Assembly: GCF_006345805.1 (NCBI RefSeq)
Contig: NC_043008.1
Span: forward strand, 63,178,001 to 63,242,000
Direction: 5' to 3'
Source: Octopus sinensis
Taxonomy: Eukaryota
Length of the DNA stretch: 64,000 nucleotides
The position numbers and the translations under genes were made by a program. The notes below the pieces were generated by a model. The model saw nothing but the letters and a program-made list of their open reading frames with translations, was not told the origin of the DNA and ran no database searches. Positions 25,865 to 38,419 of the stretch are shown piece after piece (within the stretch, counting starts at the first letter, position 1; the number at the start of each line of letters is the position of its first letter).

Positions 25865-26120
25865 GTGGAGGTACATGGTGTAGTGGTTAGGGTGTTGAGC
25901 TCATGATTGTAAGATTGTAGTTTCAATTCCTGGACCAGGCAATACATCGTGTTCTTGAGCAACAAAATTCATTTTACTTTGCTCCAGTCCATCCATCCAG
26001 CTGGCAAAAATGTATAATCATGTGATGGATAGGTATCCTATACAGGTGGAGAATATAAGCACCATGAAACCAGAAAACCAGACTGTATGAGTTGGTATGA
26101 CTTGAGAACATAACTCTAGC
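25865..26120 (+). mobile_element. SINE-C variant
   Basis: tggtgtagtggttag...ctccagtcc...cagctggcaaaaa. Confidence 0.75.
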
Positions 26121-26333
26121 TTTAGTACGCACCAGTGCAAGAACCTAGACAACTGCTGTTATTTTTGTTGGTGGCGGTTTGACCATCAAACAAGTAGTAC
26201 TGATTCATATAATTCATGTAAGTGACAATAAGAGATCATTTTTGATCTGGTATGATACAATACTTTCACATATTTTTCTCAAAACAGTTCTTGTTCCACT
26301 AAATGATTGAGTCATTAAAACACCAGCTCAGAT

Positions 26334-26563
26334 TTAACCCTTTTATTATCCTATTTCAGCTGAAATGCACTGGTTTCATTTTAATTAATTTGGAAAACAA
26401 TAAACAATTTAGAAAAAACAACTTCATCATTATTAAGCTGGTGTTTGGAGTGTAAATTAATTTGAAAATCTGATGGACAATTTTAATTTAGATCACTTTA
26501 AAATAAAAACTTTGTGGCAAAGAACCGAGGAAAGTTTCAAGCAGGTTGGTATCAAAAGATATT
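26334..26563 (+). mobile_element. piggyBac-like MITE
   Basis: TTAA|CCCTTT left end, degenerate right end ATCAAAAG; related pieces at 24708 and 39657-40240. Confidence 0.6.
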
Positions 26564-27204
26564 GCTGATATAATATACAATAAACTGCACAGAAAAGGTA
26601 GGTTTCTTCTTGTTAATTTGTCAACAGGGAAAACTTCAATACATAACTATAAAGAAACAAGACAACTGTAGATTGTAAAGTATATCTGCTGGTATCTGAG
26701 TAAGTGGCATGCCCTTTCAGGTACCTAACCACAGTTACATTAAATTGCTTTTTCCTATGACAAAATCCAGTAAACTGAATATGTGTATATTTTACCATCT
26801 TGCCTTTCATAAAGAGCACCTACATCTATCATTTTGCTTTCCATAAATAGGATTTGCCATTATTTTATAAGACTACTCTCCCACAAATTTCAAGCCTTGT
26901 GCCTATAGTAGAAAAGATTATTTTTATAAGCCTGATTATCATACATACACCAACATTTTACCTACGACTTGTACCGGTTTAATTTTCACAGTATTTAAAT
27001 GTTTTGTTCCATGGCAAAAACCCAGTTTTGGACACTTTGATCAATTTATCAGAACCAGAATTACTAGAATTGCCATTTCTTAATTTACATTAATTAAACT
27101 ACATAATTTGTTTCATAATCTTCAATATATATATTGCATTCACAATGGTGTTGGTATTCTTGATACACATTTCAATATACTACATACTAGCATATGGTGC
27201 ATAC

Positions 27205-27497
27205 AAGATATTTAAGAAGTTCCCCTTAAAATCACATGGTATCAGGTTCAGTCCCAATGCACAGCACCTTAGGCAAGTGTCTTCTCTATCCCTAGATTGA
27301 ACAAAGCCTTGTGAGTGAAGTTGTTAGACAGAAATTGAAAGGGATACATATATATATATATATATATATACATACATGCATATACACACACATCCATACA
27401 TACATACATACATGCATTCATACATACATACATACATACATACATACATACATACATACATACATACATGCATACATGCATACATACATACATACAT
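27205..27497 (+). mobile_element. Degenerate SINE-B 5' half plus (TACA)n
   Basis: caggttcagtccc...ggcaagtgtcttct. Confidence 0.75.
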
Positions 27498-27614
27498 AAA
27501 TGGTAGAAGCCATTGACACTCATAATAAAAAGGAGTACTGGTGGAATGTCTCAGTGAAAACATCATTAAAATGTGAACATAATAGACCTGACATAGTAAT
27601 TTGGAATAGAGAAG

Positions 27615-28440
27615 AGAAACTGTGTACACTTGTGGAATTCAGCTGCCCGGTGGCTGTTAACATATAGCTAAAGATTAGATCTGGAAAATGCATATGTTGA
27701 ACTATTGAGGTATCTACAGCTGCTCTATCCAGATTACAAGTTAAGTTTTATATCTGTAATTGTTGGGGAACTGGGACATGTAACACACTGCCTAAATACC
27801 AATACCTAAATACCAGAAAGGAGAAAGCTGATTTGAAGACTACAGATTCAAGCCATTGCTGGAACTGTAAAAATCGGTAAAATTCTCCAGAAGTTTATCA
27901 TACATGCATATACATATATATGTATTTATATGTGTCTGAGTGCATGTATGTGTGTGTGTATGTGTATATATATATATATGTATATATATGTATGTATGCA
28001 AGTATATATATATATGTATATGCATGTATGTATGTGTGTGCATGTTTATATATATATGTATGTATATATATATACACACACACATATATATATGTGTGTG
28101 TATGTGTGTGTGTACATGCAAATATGCATGATGCATGTGTGTGTGTATTTTGTCGGCACTCACATTTGGAAAATCTTTTGCCACGGAAATAGTCATAGGT
28201 GAAAATTCTCCTCCTAGAAGTTTTTCATATCAATATATATGAGGAAGTTTAGATATGCAAGTATATGCATGAGAAGACACACATAAAACAAAACATACAA
28301 ATCTGCATTTATGCATACATACATACAAAAATACCCCATTGATGTTGTTGAAATTCCAATGATGGAGCCTTGGATCTCGATCAGAAACTGGCTTTTTCTC
28401 TGTTGGCAAGAAATCTTGAAATAAAACTGAATAGTGATAT
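27615..28440 (+). mobile_element. CRE-like (restriction-like endonuclease) LINE 3' end, interrupted at about 27900-28210
   Basis: TLVEFSCP, LQLLYPDYKLSFISVIVGELGHV, LQIQAIAGTVKI; ORF-end sequence resumes near 28212. Clade is inferred. Confidence 0.5.
27899..28213 (+). repeat. Microsatellite-rich segment duplicated in inverted orientation at 29785-30640
   Basis: Unique anchors (gtgtctgagtgcatg; catttggaaaatcttttgcc..ggaaatagtcat) occur reverse-complemented in the second copy. Confidence 0.85.
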
Positions 28441-28732
28441 ACATGTATATATAAAACACATACATGCATATGTGGGTGATAATAACAATAATCCTTGGAT
28501 GGAATTTATAAACATTTAATGCTGCTACACGCATTTCCACAAATCACAAGTCTCTTATGATCAAAGTCCATATTGCTGGGATGATTACAATGTAGTCCAA
28601 AGTATCTGAGGGTAATCAGGTTGATCATTCTCGTTAATTAATTTCTTCAGGTTATATAACATTAATATATGCTTACCAGAAGGATGTCAACCCCATTTGA
28701 GCAGGGCGAAGGTTGATTGAGTTATATTTATA

Positions 28733-29140
28733 TGTAGGAGTGGCTTTGTGGTAAGTAGCTTGTTTACCAACCACATGGTTTCGAGTTCAGTCCCACTGCA
28801 TGGCACCTTGGGCAAGTGTCTTCTACTATAGCCTCAGGTCAACAAAAGGTTTGTGAATTGATTTGGTAGACGGAAACTGAAAGAAGCCCGTCGTATATAT
28901 GTATATATATATGTGTGTGTATATGTTTGTGTGTCTGTGTTTGTCCCCCAAACATCACTTGACAACCGATGTTGGTGTGTTTACATCGCTGTAACTTGGC
29001 GGTTCGGCAAAAGAGACCGATAGAATAAGTACTAGGCTTACAAAGAATAAATCCTGGGGTCTATTTGCTCGACTAAAGGCGATGCTTCAGCATGGCCACA
29101 AATGATTGAAACAAGTAAAAGAGTAAAGAGTAAAAAGAGT
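28733..29140 (+). mobile_element. SINE-B
   Basis: Family match. Confidence 0.92.
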
Positions 29141-29934
29141 ATAATATATGTGTGCGTGTACTTATGTATACTCATATAAAGACAAAGTCACATGAACCAT
29201 TACTGAAAATATATATACTTGTGAAGTCATGTTCAACATGCTTGGGCATACTCAGACATGAGATCGTTTGCTTTGAAAATAATTTCGTGGAAGAATTCTC
29301 CTCTTAGACAATGTGTTAAAACACCTCAGGCTATGAATAATGTAACCGGATTGCAGAATACGTGGGTTTCTGAATTGTTATCTAACATTAGCCATGAATG
29401 AAAAATCTACCTTCACAGTTTAAAAAGAAGGGTTCATTCTTAAATTAGAACAAGTAGAACATCACCTGATGTAAGTAAAGATTTTTCGAGCCAGAATTTA
29501 TTATGGAAAATTGGCTAAAGCTGTGTTGAGTAAAATGTATTTATGTAAAGTCATATTTAATATGCTGAGGTACATTTGGATGAAGAAAGACCTTTTGCTG
29601 CAGAAGTATGCTCAGGAGAAAATTCTCCTCCAATTTGTCATGTTTGAATGAAATGTTTCTTTAAGGCTGTGAAAGGCAGATTTGCTGATCGTAATTGATG
29701 ATGCATAACAACGCAGAAAAATAATATGCATCTTAAATCTAATGATGTTATTCACAACCGAGTGTGCTTTTCCACGTGTCATGCAGGAAGAGAATTTTCA
29801 CCCATGACTATTTCCGGGGCAAAAGATTTTCCAAATGTAAGAGTAAACAAAATACACACACAAGCATATTTGCATGTACACACACACACATATGTGTGTA
29901 TGTATGTATACATACATACATATATATATATATC

Positions 29935-30047
29935 TTTTTTTAATAATTTTCATATATATTTAAAATAATATAAATTAATTAATCTTATGTATTGGCTTAA
30001 GTTTTTCATTGTATGATTTGCCTAATAGTGGTTTTATCTCTAATTTA

Positions 30048-30083
<36 letters not shown>

Positions 30084-30290
30084 AAAACTTTTTTGAATGC
30101 ATAATATTCAATGTGACAATTATGTAAAAAACTTTTTTTGAACCCATATTATTCAATGTTTCCTTAAATGTAACTTTTGACAATCTTTTACCAAAGAGTG
30201 AAACCGGTTAAGTAAATAAACATCGTTTAAATTGCATTTTCAAACCTTTTTTCTTATATAATCCCACTCATGCGATACCCCACAACTCAA

Positions 30291-30300
<10 letters not shown>
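29935..30300. mobile_element. Penelope-like terminal fragment(s)
   Basis: ttgcctaatagtggttttatctctaat matches 45668-45695; degenerate hammerhead-like motif at 30173-30213. Confidence 0.45.
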
Positions 30301-30335
<35 letters not shown>

Positions 30336-31335
30336 CAAATAAGAAAATGGAGAAACAATTAGTTTGTTCATCAACTTTCAGATATTAGATGTTTAATCAT
30401 TTATTCATTTAACAAAATGAGAACCTTATCCCTTAGTGGGTTGCACCCCTAACTCCTAACTTACTTTGTAATATATATATATATATATACATATATATAT
30501 AGTTATAGATATATATATACACATACCTACATACATATACATATATGTACTTGCATACATACATACACATATATATATACACACACACATGCATGCACTC
30601 AGACACATATAAATACATATAAATGTACATGTATATGCATGTATGTTTACATTGCTTTTGTTTGTGTGTTTGTGTGTCCCCTTGTCCTGACTTCCTGCAC
30701 TAATTGTAAACAAGCATCGTTATGATGCAAGTGATGTCAGTTCTTTGCAATCTTCCATGAAACATGACAAAACATGTAAACATCACCCTACCTACAGGAC
30801 AGGGTAATATTTAACATGGAGAAGAATCTGGACATATAGAAAAAAATCTGCCTCAACAAATCTCCTATGGGTCACCTGTAAAATACATATTAAACCAATA
30901 ACGAAGATGAAAAGCAACATCTTATATAAAAACACACCATTGTAACAGCAAGGAATAACAAAAGTAATCAAATTCAATAAAAGAATTTTATATTCTAAAT
31001 CTAATTCATTGGAATATTTATTTAAATTGTTACTCCTTCCTGTCTTTCATTTATTCAACTCATTTGCCTGATTTCTTTGTTTCTTTCTATTTATCACCTT
31101 TATACTGAAACCTCCTCCACTTCCCCACCACCTCCTTCTTCTCTGCTCTCTTTCCTACTCATTGATTATTTCTCCTCTCAAACTTTTTTCCCTCTACCTT
31201 TATCTCTACATCTCCCATTGAGAGATAGTTTGCAGCCACCTTTGTCAGTAGAGCATCTAGCCGCCAGGCATGTCACTTCTCTAGAGCCAACATCTTGATC
31301 TAATGGTGCTATTTCCTCCACCACACATACACACG

Positions 31336-31376
<41 letters not shown>

Positions 31377-31654
31377 CATATCTCTCTACTAGTTTAACAG
31401 TATCCAGTAGTAATAGTGAGAAATATGGTAACATACAAAAACTGTATTGCAAGTTAAAGTAATGATAAAAATTTCTCTGCTATATTATTCCTCTTCAAAT
31501 GCATTCTGTATAATTCTTGCAATTCTTGCTCATTCACACCATATCATTTATTGATTTTACTCATTGGAACCTGCTCATGGTACAACAACATCTCCATTCA
31601 ATTTATCTCCATCATATTTACCTACAGTACTAATTAAGGCTTGTACTAATTCTA

Positions 31655-32710
31655 CCTAATCTGAGGTTTGCAGATGATACTGCTTTCTTTACCAAAACTG
31701 AAGTCAGACCACTACAAGAAATGATAAATAGCATCAAGAAGCTATCAACTACATGTGGTCTTTATCTCAACTGTGAGAAAACAAAAGTCATGGTAGAAGG
31801 AAAAGATAAAGTATATCTTAATATCAAACTGGGCAATGAGAGGCCTGAACAGGTTGAACTGTACAAGTATCTTGGAGTTGAAATCTTGGATGAAGTCATA
31901 ACATCATCATCATCATCATCATCGTTTAACATCCGCTTTCCATGCTAGCATGGATTGGACGATTTTGATTGAGAGCTGGTGAACCAGATGGCAGCACCAG
32001 GCTTCAATTTGATCTGGCAGAGTTTCTACAGCTGGATGCCCTTCCTAATGCCAACCACTCCGAGAGTGTAGTGGGTGCTTTTACGTGCCACTCGAATCTT
32101 TTACACATGCCACCAGCACAGGTGCCAGTAAGGTGATGCTGGTAACGATCATACTCGAATGGTGTCTTTTACATGCCACTGGCATGGAGGCCAGATAGCC
32201 GCTCTGGCATAAGAAAGAAATTAGGACAGCGGTACCCATCGCAAGAACATCCTTGGAAGAATTTTATAAAATCTAGAGTAGAAAAAGTGTCCTAATTATA
32301 TTAAAATACAAGGCAAGTGCTCTTTTTTTTTGTCAATAGAACTCTTAATGGTTCTGAAGTAGGAACAAACGTGAAGAGAACAAAATAAATGCATTTCAAA
32401 GTGTGGGTGTAGAGAAGAATGCTATGAGTTCTTACAAAAATCTTCAGACAAATGAATAGGTGTTGAAAGAAGCAGGTGAAAGATGACGACTGCTGAACAT
32501 TGTGAAAAAAGCAACAGCTCATCTATTATGGTCATATTTGAAGAAGCAGAAGTCTGGAAAACATTATCATGCAAAGAAGAGCAGAAGAGAGTAGATCAAG
32601 AGGAAGGCAAAGAACACAATGGATGAACAATATCATGAGCTGGTTGGACAATAGTGGCAAGGAAGCTGAAGAACTTGTGCTTAATTGAGAAGACTTTCAT
32701 TGTAGTGTCA
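31655..32710 (+). mobile_element. Decayed RTE LINE RT and C-terminus, interrupted by family D
   Basis: NLRFADD, EKTKVM, YKYLG, RSRGRQRTQWMNNI. Confidence 0.88.
31903..32210 (-). mobile_element. Family D insertion
   Basis: Family match; CATAA at both junctions. Confidence 0.88.
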
Positions 32711-32719
32711 TCAAATTTC

Positions 32720-33225
32720 AAATTGGGACACCTTTGGTTAAAATGACTAGGGTTCCAGGTGATTTGGTCATGAAATTAACATGCAAGTAGTTGAGCACTC
32801 CACAGACACGCGTACCCTTAACATAGTTCTCAGGAATCTGGAAAGGCTGCGAGCTGGCAGAAATGTTTGCGCGCTGGGCAGAATGCTTAGCGGTTTTCAT
32901 CTGCCATTACGTTCTGAGTTCAAATTCCGCCAAGGTCGACTTTGCCTTTCATCCTTTCGGGGTCGATAAATTAAGTACCAGTTACGCACTGGGGTCGATC
33001 TAATCGACTTAATCGATTTGTCTGTCCTTGTTTGTCCTCTCTATGTTTAGCCCCTTGTGGGCAATAAAGAAATAAGAATCTGGAAAGGCTGACCTTTGAA
33101 ATACAGGTATGACTCATTTTCACCAGCTGGATAGACTGGAGCAATGTGAAATAAAGTGTCTTGCTCAAGGACATAACGCAGCCAGGAATCAAACTCCAGA
33201 CCATATGATCACAAGCCAAATACCC
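32720..33225 (-). mobile_element. SINE-C split by SINE-A
   Basis: SINE-C halves rejoin across the TSD. Confidence 0.85.
32850..33075 (+). mobile_element. SINE-A long-tail with 16-bp TSD
   Basis: GAATCTGGAAAGGCTG at 32834-32849 and 33076-33091. Confidence 0.96.
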
Positions 33226-33412
33226 TTGCCAGAAAGTGACATGCTTCCACTTGTACTGTAATTAATGTGCTACATGAAGATGACAACCTATTTTATTAAT
33301 GTATATTTAATCAAGTGGCTTTGTCATAATAATTACACAACTATGCTTCCTTTTTGAAGCCAACGGTATTGAATTAAAAACATAAACAAAAAACACAATG
33401 CTAATTGCAATG

Positions 33413-33444
<32 letters not shown>

Positions 33445-33699
33445 GAGTGAGGAGCTTCATAAGATGTAGTTGTTTGAATCTTTAGTTTTTAATCTTTTGT
33501 CCTTAATCTCTGATCATTTTAATATCAATGATTCCATCTAGATATGTTTCCATAGTAAATTTTAATGCTCTGTTCCACTATCTCCATAAAATTATGGCTG
33601 AATTGTTTTTGAATGTTTTATGATTCCATGCAAAATAAAGTATCTCTTTGATAATTCTTTCAAAAATACTTGATGTGGCTGCTAATGTTGCTCTGATAT

Positions 33700-34105
33700 G
33701 ATATTATCATCATCATGATAATGTTGACAGTGTCAATGATGGTGATGATAGGTAAGTATGATGATGGTGATGATGATGACAATGAGAACAGCAATGATAA
33801 CGACAACAATGACGATTACGAGAATGGTAGCTGCAATAGAGATGGTAGTGGAAGTGATGATGATGATGACAATGATGATGCTACTGCTGATGATGATAAT
33901 GATGATGGTTATGGTGATGATGATAATGAGGACAATGATAATAATAGTGATAATGGTAATGGTGATGGCTGTGGCAATAATAGTAGTAACGGTGTGAGGA
34001 TGATGATGATGAAGACGGAGGTGATGGTTATAGTGGTAATGACATAAGGTGTCGTCTTGATGGTAATGATGGTGGTGTGGTTATTAATCATGGTGATGAT
34101 GATAA
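33700..34105. repeat. Degenerate (GAT/AAT/GGT)n triplet array
   Basis: Directly visible period-3 low-complexity DNA. Confidence 0.92.
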
Positions 34106-34107
34106 AA

Positions 34108-34254
34108 AATTCCTGGCTATGTAATAAGAAGTTGGCTTCCCAAGGACATGGTTCCAGGTTCAGTCCCACTGCAAGTGTTTTCAAATATAGCCTTGGGTTG
34201 ACCAAAGCTTTGTGACTAAATTTGGTCAATGACAGACACTGAAAGAAGCCCATC

Positions 34255-34343
<89 letters not shown>

Positions 34344-34790
34344 TATTAATAATTAAGGGTACTAACAAGTAATACTGGCATGCTAAATACTTAGCATACC
34401 ATACCCTTAATTGTTAGTACCCTTAATTATAAATTGCTAATTTTTTACTGTAATGGGTTTGTTACACATGCTAAGTCACTAATATTATTATAAACAATAA
34501 TATCCTCGTATATATTTACATATATATATATATCTATATATGTATATATTTATGTGTGTATCTTTTTGTCTGAGTTTGTCCTCCAACCATCACTTGACAA
34601 CCGATGTTCATGTGTTTATGTCCCTCTAACTTAGTGATTCAGCTAAAGAAATCGATAGAATAAATACTAAGCTTACAAAGAATAAGTCCCAGGGATCAGT
34701 TTCTTTGACTAAAAGACCCTTTGAGGTGGTTCTCCGGCATGGCCACAGTCAAATCACTGAAAGAATTATATGAATAAAAGAAAGAATATA
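34108..34790 (+). mobile_element. SINE-B with expanded, interrupted central microsatellite
   Basis: Head about 34108-34258, 3' half about 34550-34790. Confidence 0.8.
34349..34430. repeat. Perfect 20-bp inverted repeat, 42-bp spacer
   Basis: ATAATTAAGGGTACTAACAA / TTGTTAGTACCCTTAATTAT. Confidence 0.92.
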
Positions 34791-35430
34791 TCTAATGCTG
34801 ACGACATCCTGCCTGAATTGAACCATCAACTGAGTTTATATAGCAAGGCATTATAACTCTAATTAGTTATATTATAACTCTTTTGTCATACGATTTTTGC
34901 TTAATTTTTTTAATTTTTAATTTATATTTTTTTTACCAATATATCATTTTATACTTATCTAACATGTGTCATCGCATTTTCTTCTATTTTTATTTTCCTC
35001 TGATTTCAATCATTATTCCAATCATTCTTTTGATGCTGTGATATTGTCTAGCTTTTGTACTGATTTTTTCTTCTTCTTTTTAACATGTTATTCCTCCAAT
35101 TAAAACATATTCAAAATTTGTAGCGATATGTAAAATTTTTTTTTGTGCTTTAACTTTCCTATTTGATATGCTTCATTCTTCAATGCTGAGAAATTATTTC
35201 AACAATATGATATAACTTCTTTTATTAAATTCATCTTGGTCATTATATTGTAATTTTATGATATCAGTTCATTTTAGTGTGCTAACATTTGACACATGCA
35301 AAAATCTCTTGATATTTCACTAACGCGTATATATATAATATAATATAATGTAATATATAATAACATATATAAGAGACAAATTCAATATGTATGTGTGTGT
35401 ATAAATATATATATATATATTATATATAAT

Positions 35431-35495
<65 letters not shown>

Positions 35496-35499
35496 ATAT

Positions 35500-35607
35500 C
35501 ACATGACCGACCAGGCTATCAGATGTTGCTACACATCGCTGGTCACAATGCGCTTCGCATTGTTTTAGCCTTCAAATGACGCCACCCACTGGCTAAATGA
35601 GCAGGCC
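35500..35607 (-). mobile_element. Probable SINE 3'-tail fragment between (TA)n tracts
   Basis: GC-rich, CpG-retaining island with ACAATGCG-CTT-CGCATTGT hairpin; SINE assignment from memory. Confidence 0.5.
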
Positions 35608-35608
35608 G

Positions 35609-35647
<39 letters not shown>

Positions 35648-36107
35648 ATATATATTATATATATATATATAATATATATACATATATATATATATATGTA
35701 TGTATTTATGTATGTATGTATGTATGTGTGTATGTATGTATGTATGAATGAATGTATGTGTGTGTGGATATTATATTTGCTTCTTTTGTCCATATTTGTC
35801 ATTTAAATCAAACGAACCCATATTTAATTGTGGACTGATGCTTGCTTTTTGAGTTTTTCTTTCAAATCTCTGTATTTCTGAACTTCAATCATTTTTCATT
35901 AATATAATTCTAACACATATTGTTCTGCTCCATTATGTGAATGTGCATGTGTGTGTATATGTGTGTATACGTATGTGTGTGGGTGTATATACATATACAT
36001 ACATACACACGCACACACACACATGTCCATGCAAATCCAGTGGCAACTCCTTACTTTCATTTCCAGCTGACCACCGATGCCCAACCTGTGGCAGAACATT
36101 CCATGCA

Positions 36108-36339
36108 AGGTGGTGAGCTGGCAGAAACGTTAGCACGCCGGGCGATATGCTTAGCGGTATTATGTCTACTGTTACGTTCTGAGTTCAAGTTCCGCCGAGG
36201 TCGACTTTGCCCTTCATCCTTTTGGGGTCGATAAATTAAGTACCAGCTATGCACTGGGGTCGATGTAATCGACTTAATCCGTTTGTCTGTCCTTGTTTGT
36301 CCCCTCTGTGTTTAGCCCCTTGTGGGTAGTAAAGAAATA
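36108..36339 (+). mobile_element. SINE-A long-tail with 15-bp TSD
   Basis: AGAACATTCCATGCA at 36093-36107 and 36340-36354; CpGs retained. Confidence 0.96.
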
Positions 36340-36525
36340 AGAACATTCCATGCATGCATCAGCCTGATAAGCTGCAACTGAACAGATTGTAACCCGTCTT
36401 CTCCCGTGTGATGTTCTGGTCATCATTAACAACTAACGAGCATTGTTATTTTGTTTTGGCTCAGGTTCAGTCTTATTCCTCACAGAATTTATGTGGTTAG
36501 CAGGTTACTACCTGTAATCTTATGT

Positions 36526-36860
36526 GAAGGCACATGGCTTAGTGGTTAGGGCATTTGGCTCACGATTATAAGGTCATGAGTTCGATTCCCGGCAACGTGT
36601 TGTGTCCTTGCGCAAGACACTTTATTTCACACTGCACCAGTCCACTCAGCTGGCAAAAATGAGTTGTACCTGTATTTCAAAGGGCCGGCCTTGTCACACT
36701 TTATATCACACTGAATCTCCCTGAGAACTACGTTATGGGTATGCATGTCTGTGGATTGCTAAGTCACTTGCATGTTAATTTCATGAGCAAACTTTTCCAT
36801 TGATCGTATCAGCTGGGACCCTCATTGTCGTAACTGATAGAGTGCTCCTTTTTTTTTTTT
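36526..36860 (+). mobile_element. SINE-C, full length, oligo(T) tail, 14-bp TSD
   Basis: A-box tggcttagtggttag, B-box gagttcgattccc; TACCTGTAATCTTA at 36509-36522 and 36861-36874. Confidence 0.93.
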
Positions 36861-36980
36861 TACCTGTAATCTTAGGTATCCACAAGTTTTCAGCTGTCTT
36901 TGAAGTGCTTAGGGCCCTCCCAATAATCCTTGCTGTCCTTAAGAGACAAACTTTCTGTAGGAGGTCTACTGGATATTCTA

Positions 36981-37336
36981 TATTATTATTATTTGATGAA
37001 AAATTTCAGCTTATTTTACTGGGTATGATGGAAAGTGTCAGCTGCCCACCACCAGTAAACTGAAGTTGTACTTGTTTACTGATCATGCTTCAAGAACCCT
37101 ACACTTTACTCTTTACTCTTTTACTTGTTTCAGTCATTTGACTGTGGCCATGCTGGAGCACCGCCTTTAGTCGAGCAAATCGACCCCAGGAGTTATTCTT
37201 TGTAAGCCTAGTACTTACTCTATCGGTGTCTTTTGCCGAACCACTAAGTTAAAGGGATGTAAACACACCAGCATCGGATGTCAAGCGATGTTAGGGGGAC
37301 AAACACAGACACACAAACGTATACACACACACACAC

Positions 37337-37391
<55 letters not shown>

Positions 37392-38155
37392 TACGATGGG
37401 CTTCTTTCAGTTTCTGTCTACCAAATCCACTCACAAGGCTTTGGTCAGCCTGAGGCTATTGTAGAAGACACTTGCCCAAGGTGCCACAAAGTTGGACTGA
37501 ACCCGGAACCATGTGGTTTGTAAGCAAGCTACTTACCACACTGTCACTCCTACGCCCACTCCTACCCTACAGAGAACTCTTGAAGTTACAAGCCATGCTG
37601 ACTTTTGTAGATGTTCTATCTTGACATTTGTACCAATCTTTTTGAACCATGATGGTAAATGAGTGCTGATACTTCCAAGCATGCCTGTTTCTACTGGTAT
37701 CACATCCACTCTCTTCATTACCCACAAAATGCGTTATTTCCCACTTCAAATCATCATAATTGTTCAGTTTTTCTTCTTACTCTTTGATCATATTGTCACC
37801 AGGTCATGCTCTGTCGATTCTCAGGTATCTTTTTCTTTTTTTTCTTCACCACAACAATGACAGGTTTCTGATGTCTGATCTGATTGTCACACTGAATCAT
37901 AGTACAGGATTATGCAGACTTCATTCTCAGTAACTCCACCTGGAATTTGGACATACTGCTTCATTCCTCTTTGTAGGCCAGGATTTTCACAGAGCTCCCA
38001 ATGGATCATTCTTGCCACATTATCATGTCATCTTTTGTAATCATGTTGTGCTAATTTCAAGCATTTGCATTCAATGTGCCATACTGTTTCACCCCTCTCA
38101 CCACACATTTTGCATTTCTTGCTCTCAGTTGTGTTGTCAATTCTGCACTTTATCC
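36981..38155 (-). mobile_element. R4/Dong-like LINE 3' part, interrupted by SINE-B
   Basis: CKMCGERGETVWHIEC, HDNVARMIHWELC, VIPVETGMLGSI, HLQKSAWL; stop at 37083-37085; (TAA)n tail. Confidence 0.82.
37104..37563 (-). mobile_element. SINE-B with 8-bp TSD
   Basis: ACCCTACA at 37096-37103 and 37564-37571. Confidence 0.93.
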
Positions 38156-38186
<31 letters not shown>

Positions 38187-38310
38187 CATTATTCTCTTCT
38201 TTCAATTTCGTCTCCATTTTTAATGAAGCACTTTGGTTTGCCACCTCCTCTCAAACCATTCAACTCATGCCATTATGAGAAATGGACGTTAAAGGACGAT
38301 GATGATTATT

Positions 38311-38353
<43 letters not shown>

Positions 38354-38419
38354 GGACTTGGGTCATTGCTGCATTTTTTACTAACTCTGTATAATCTTTC
38401 TTTTAGAAAATAATAATAG

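Noticed and set aside
29160-29780. piggyBac-like transposase remnant between the inverted repeats
   Set aside because: Only scattered Cys residues; no catalytic motif recognised.
33715-34047. 110-aa D/N/G-rich ORF and overlapping M-rich ORF
   Set aside because: Drifted (GAT)n array, open in several frames because of the repeat.
36526-36600. tRNA genes at SINE heads
   Set aside because: A/B boxes present but no full cloverleaf; each runs into a SINE body.
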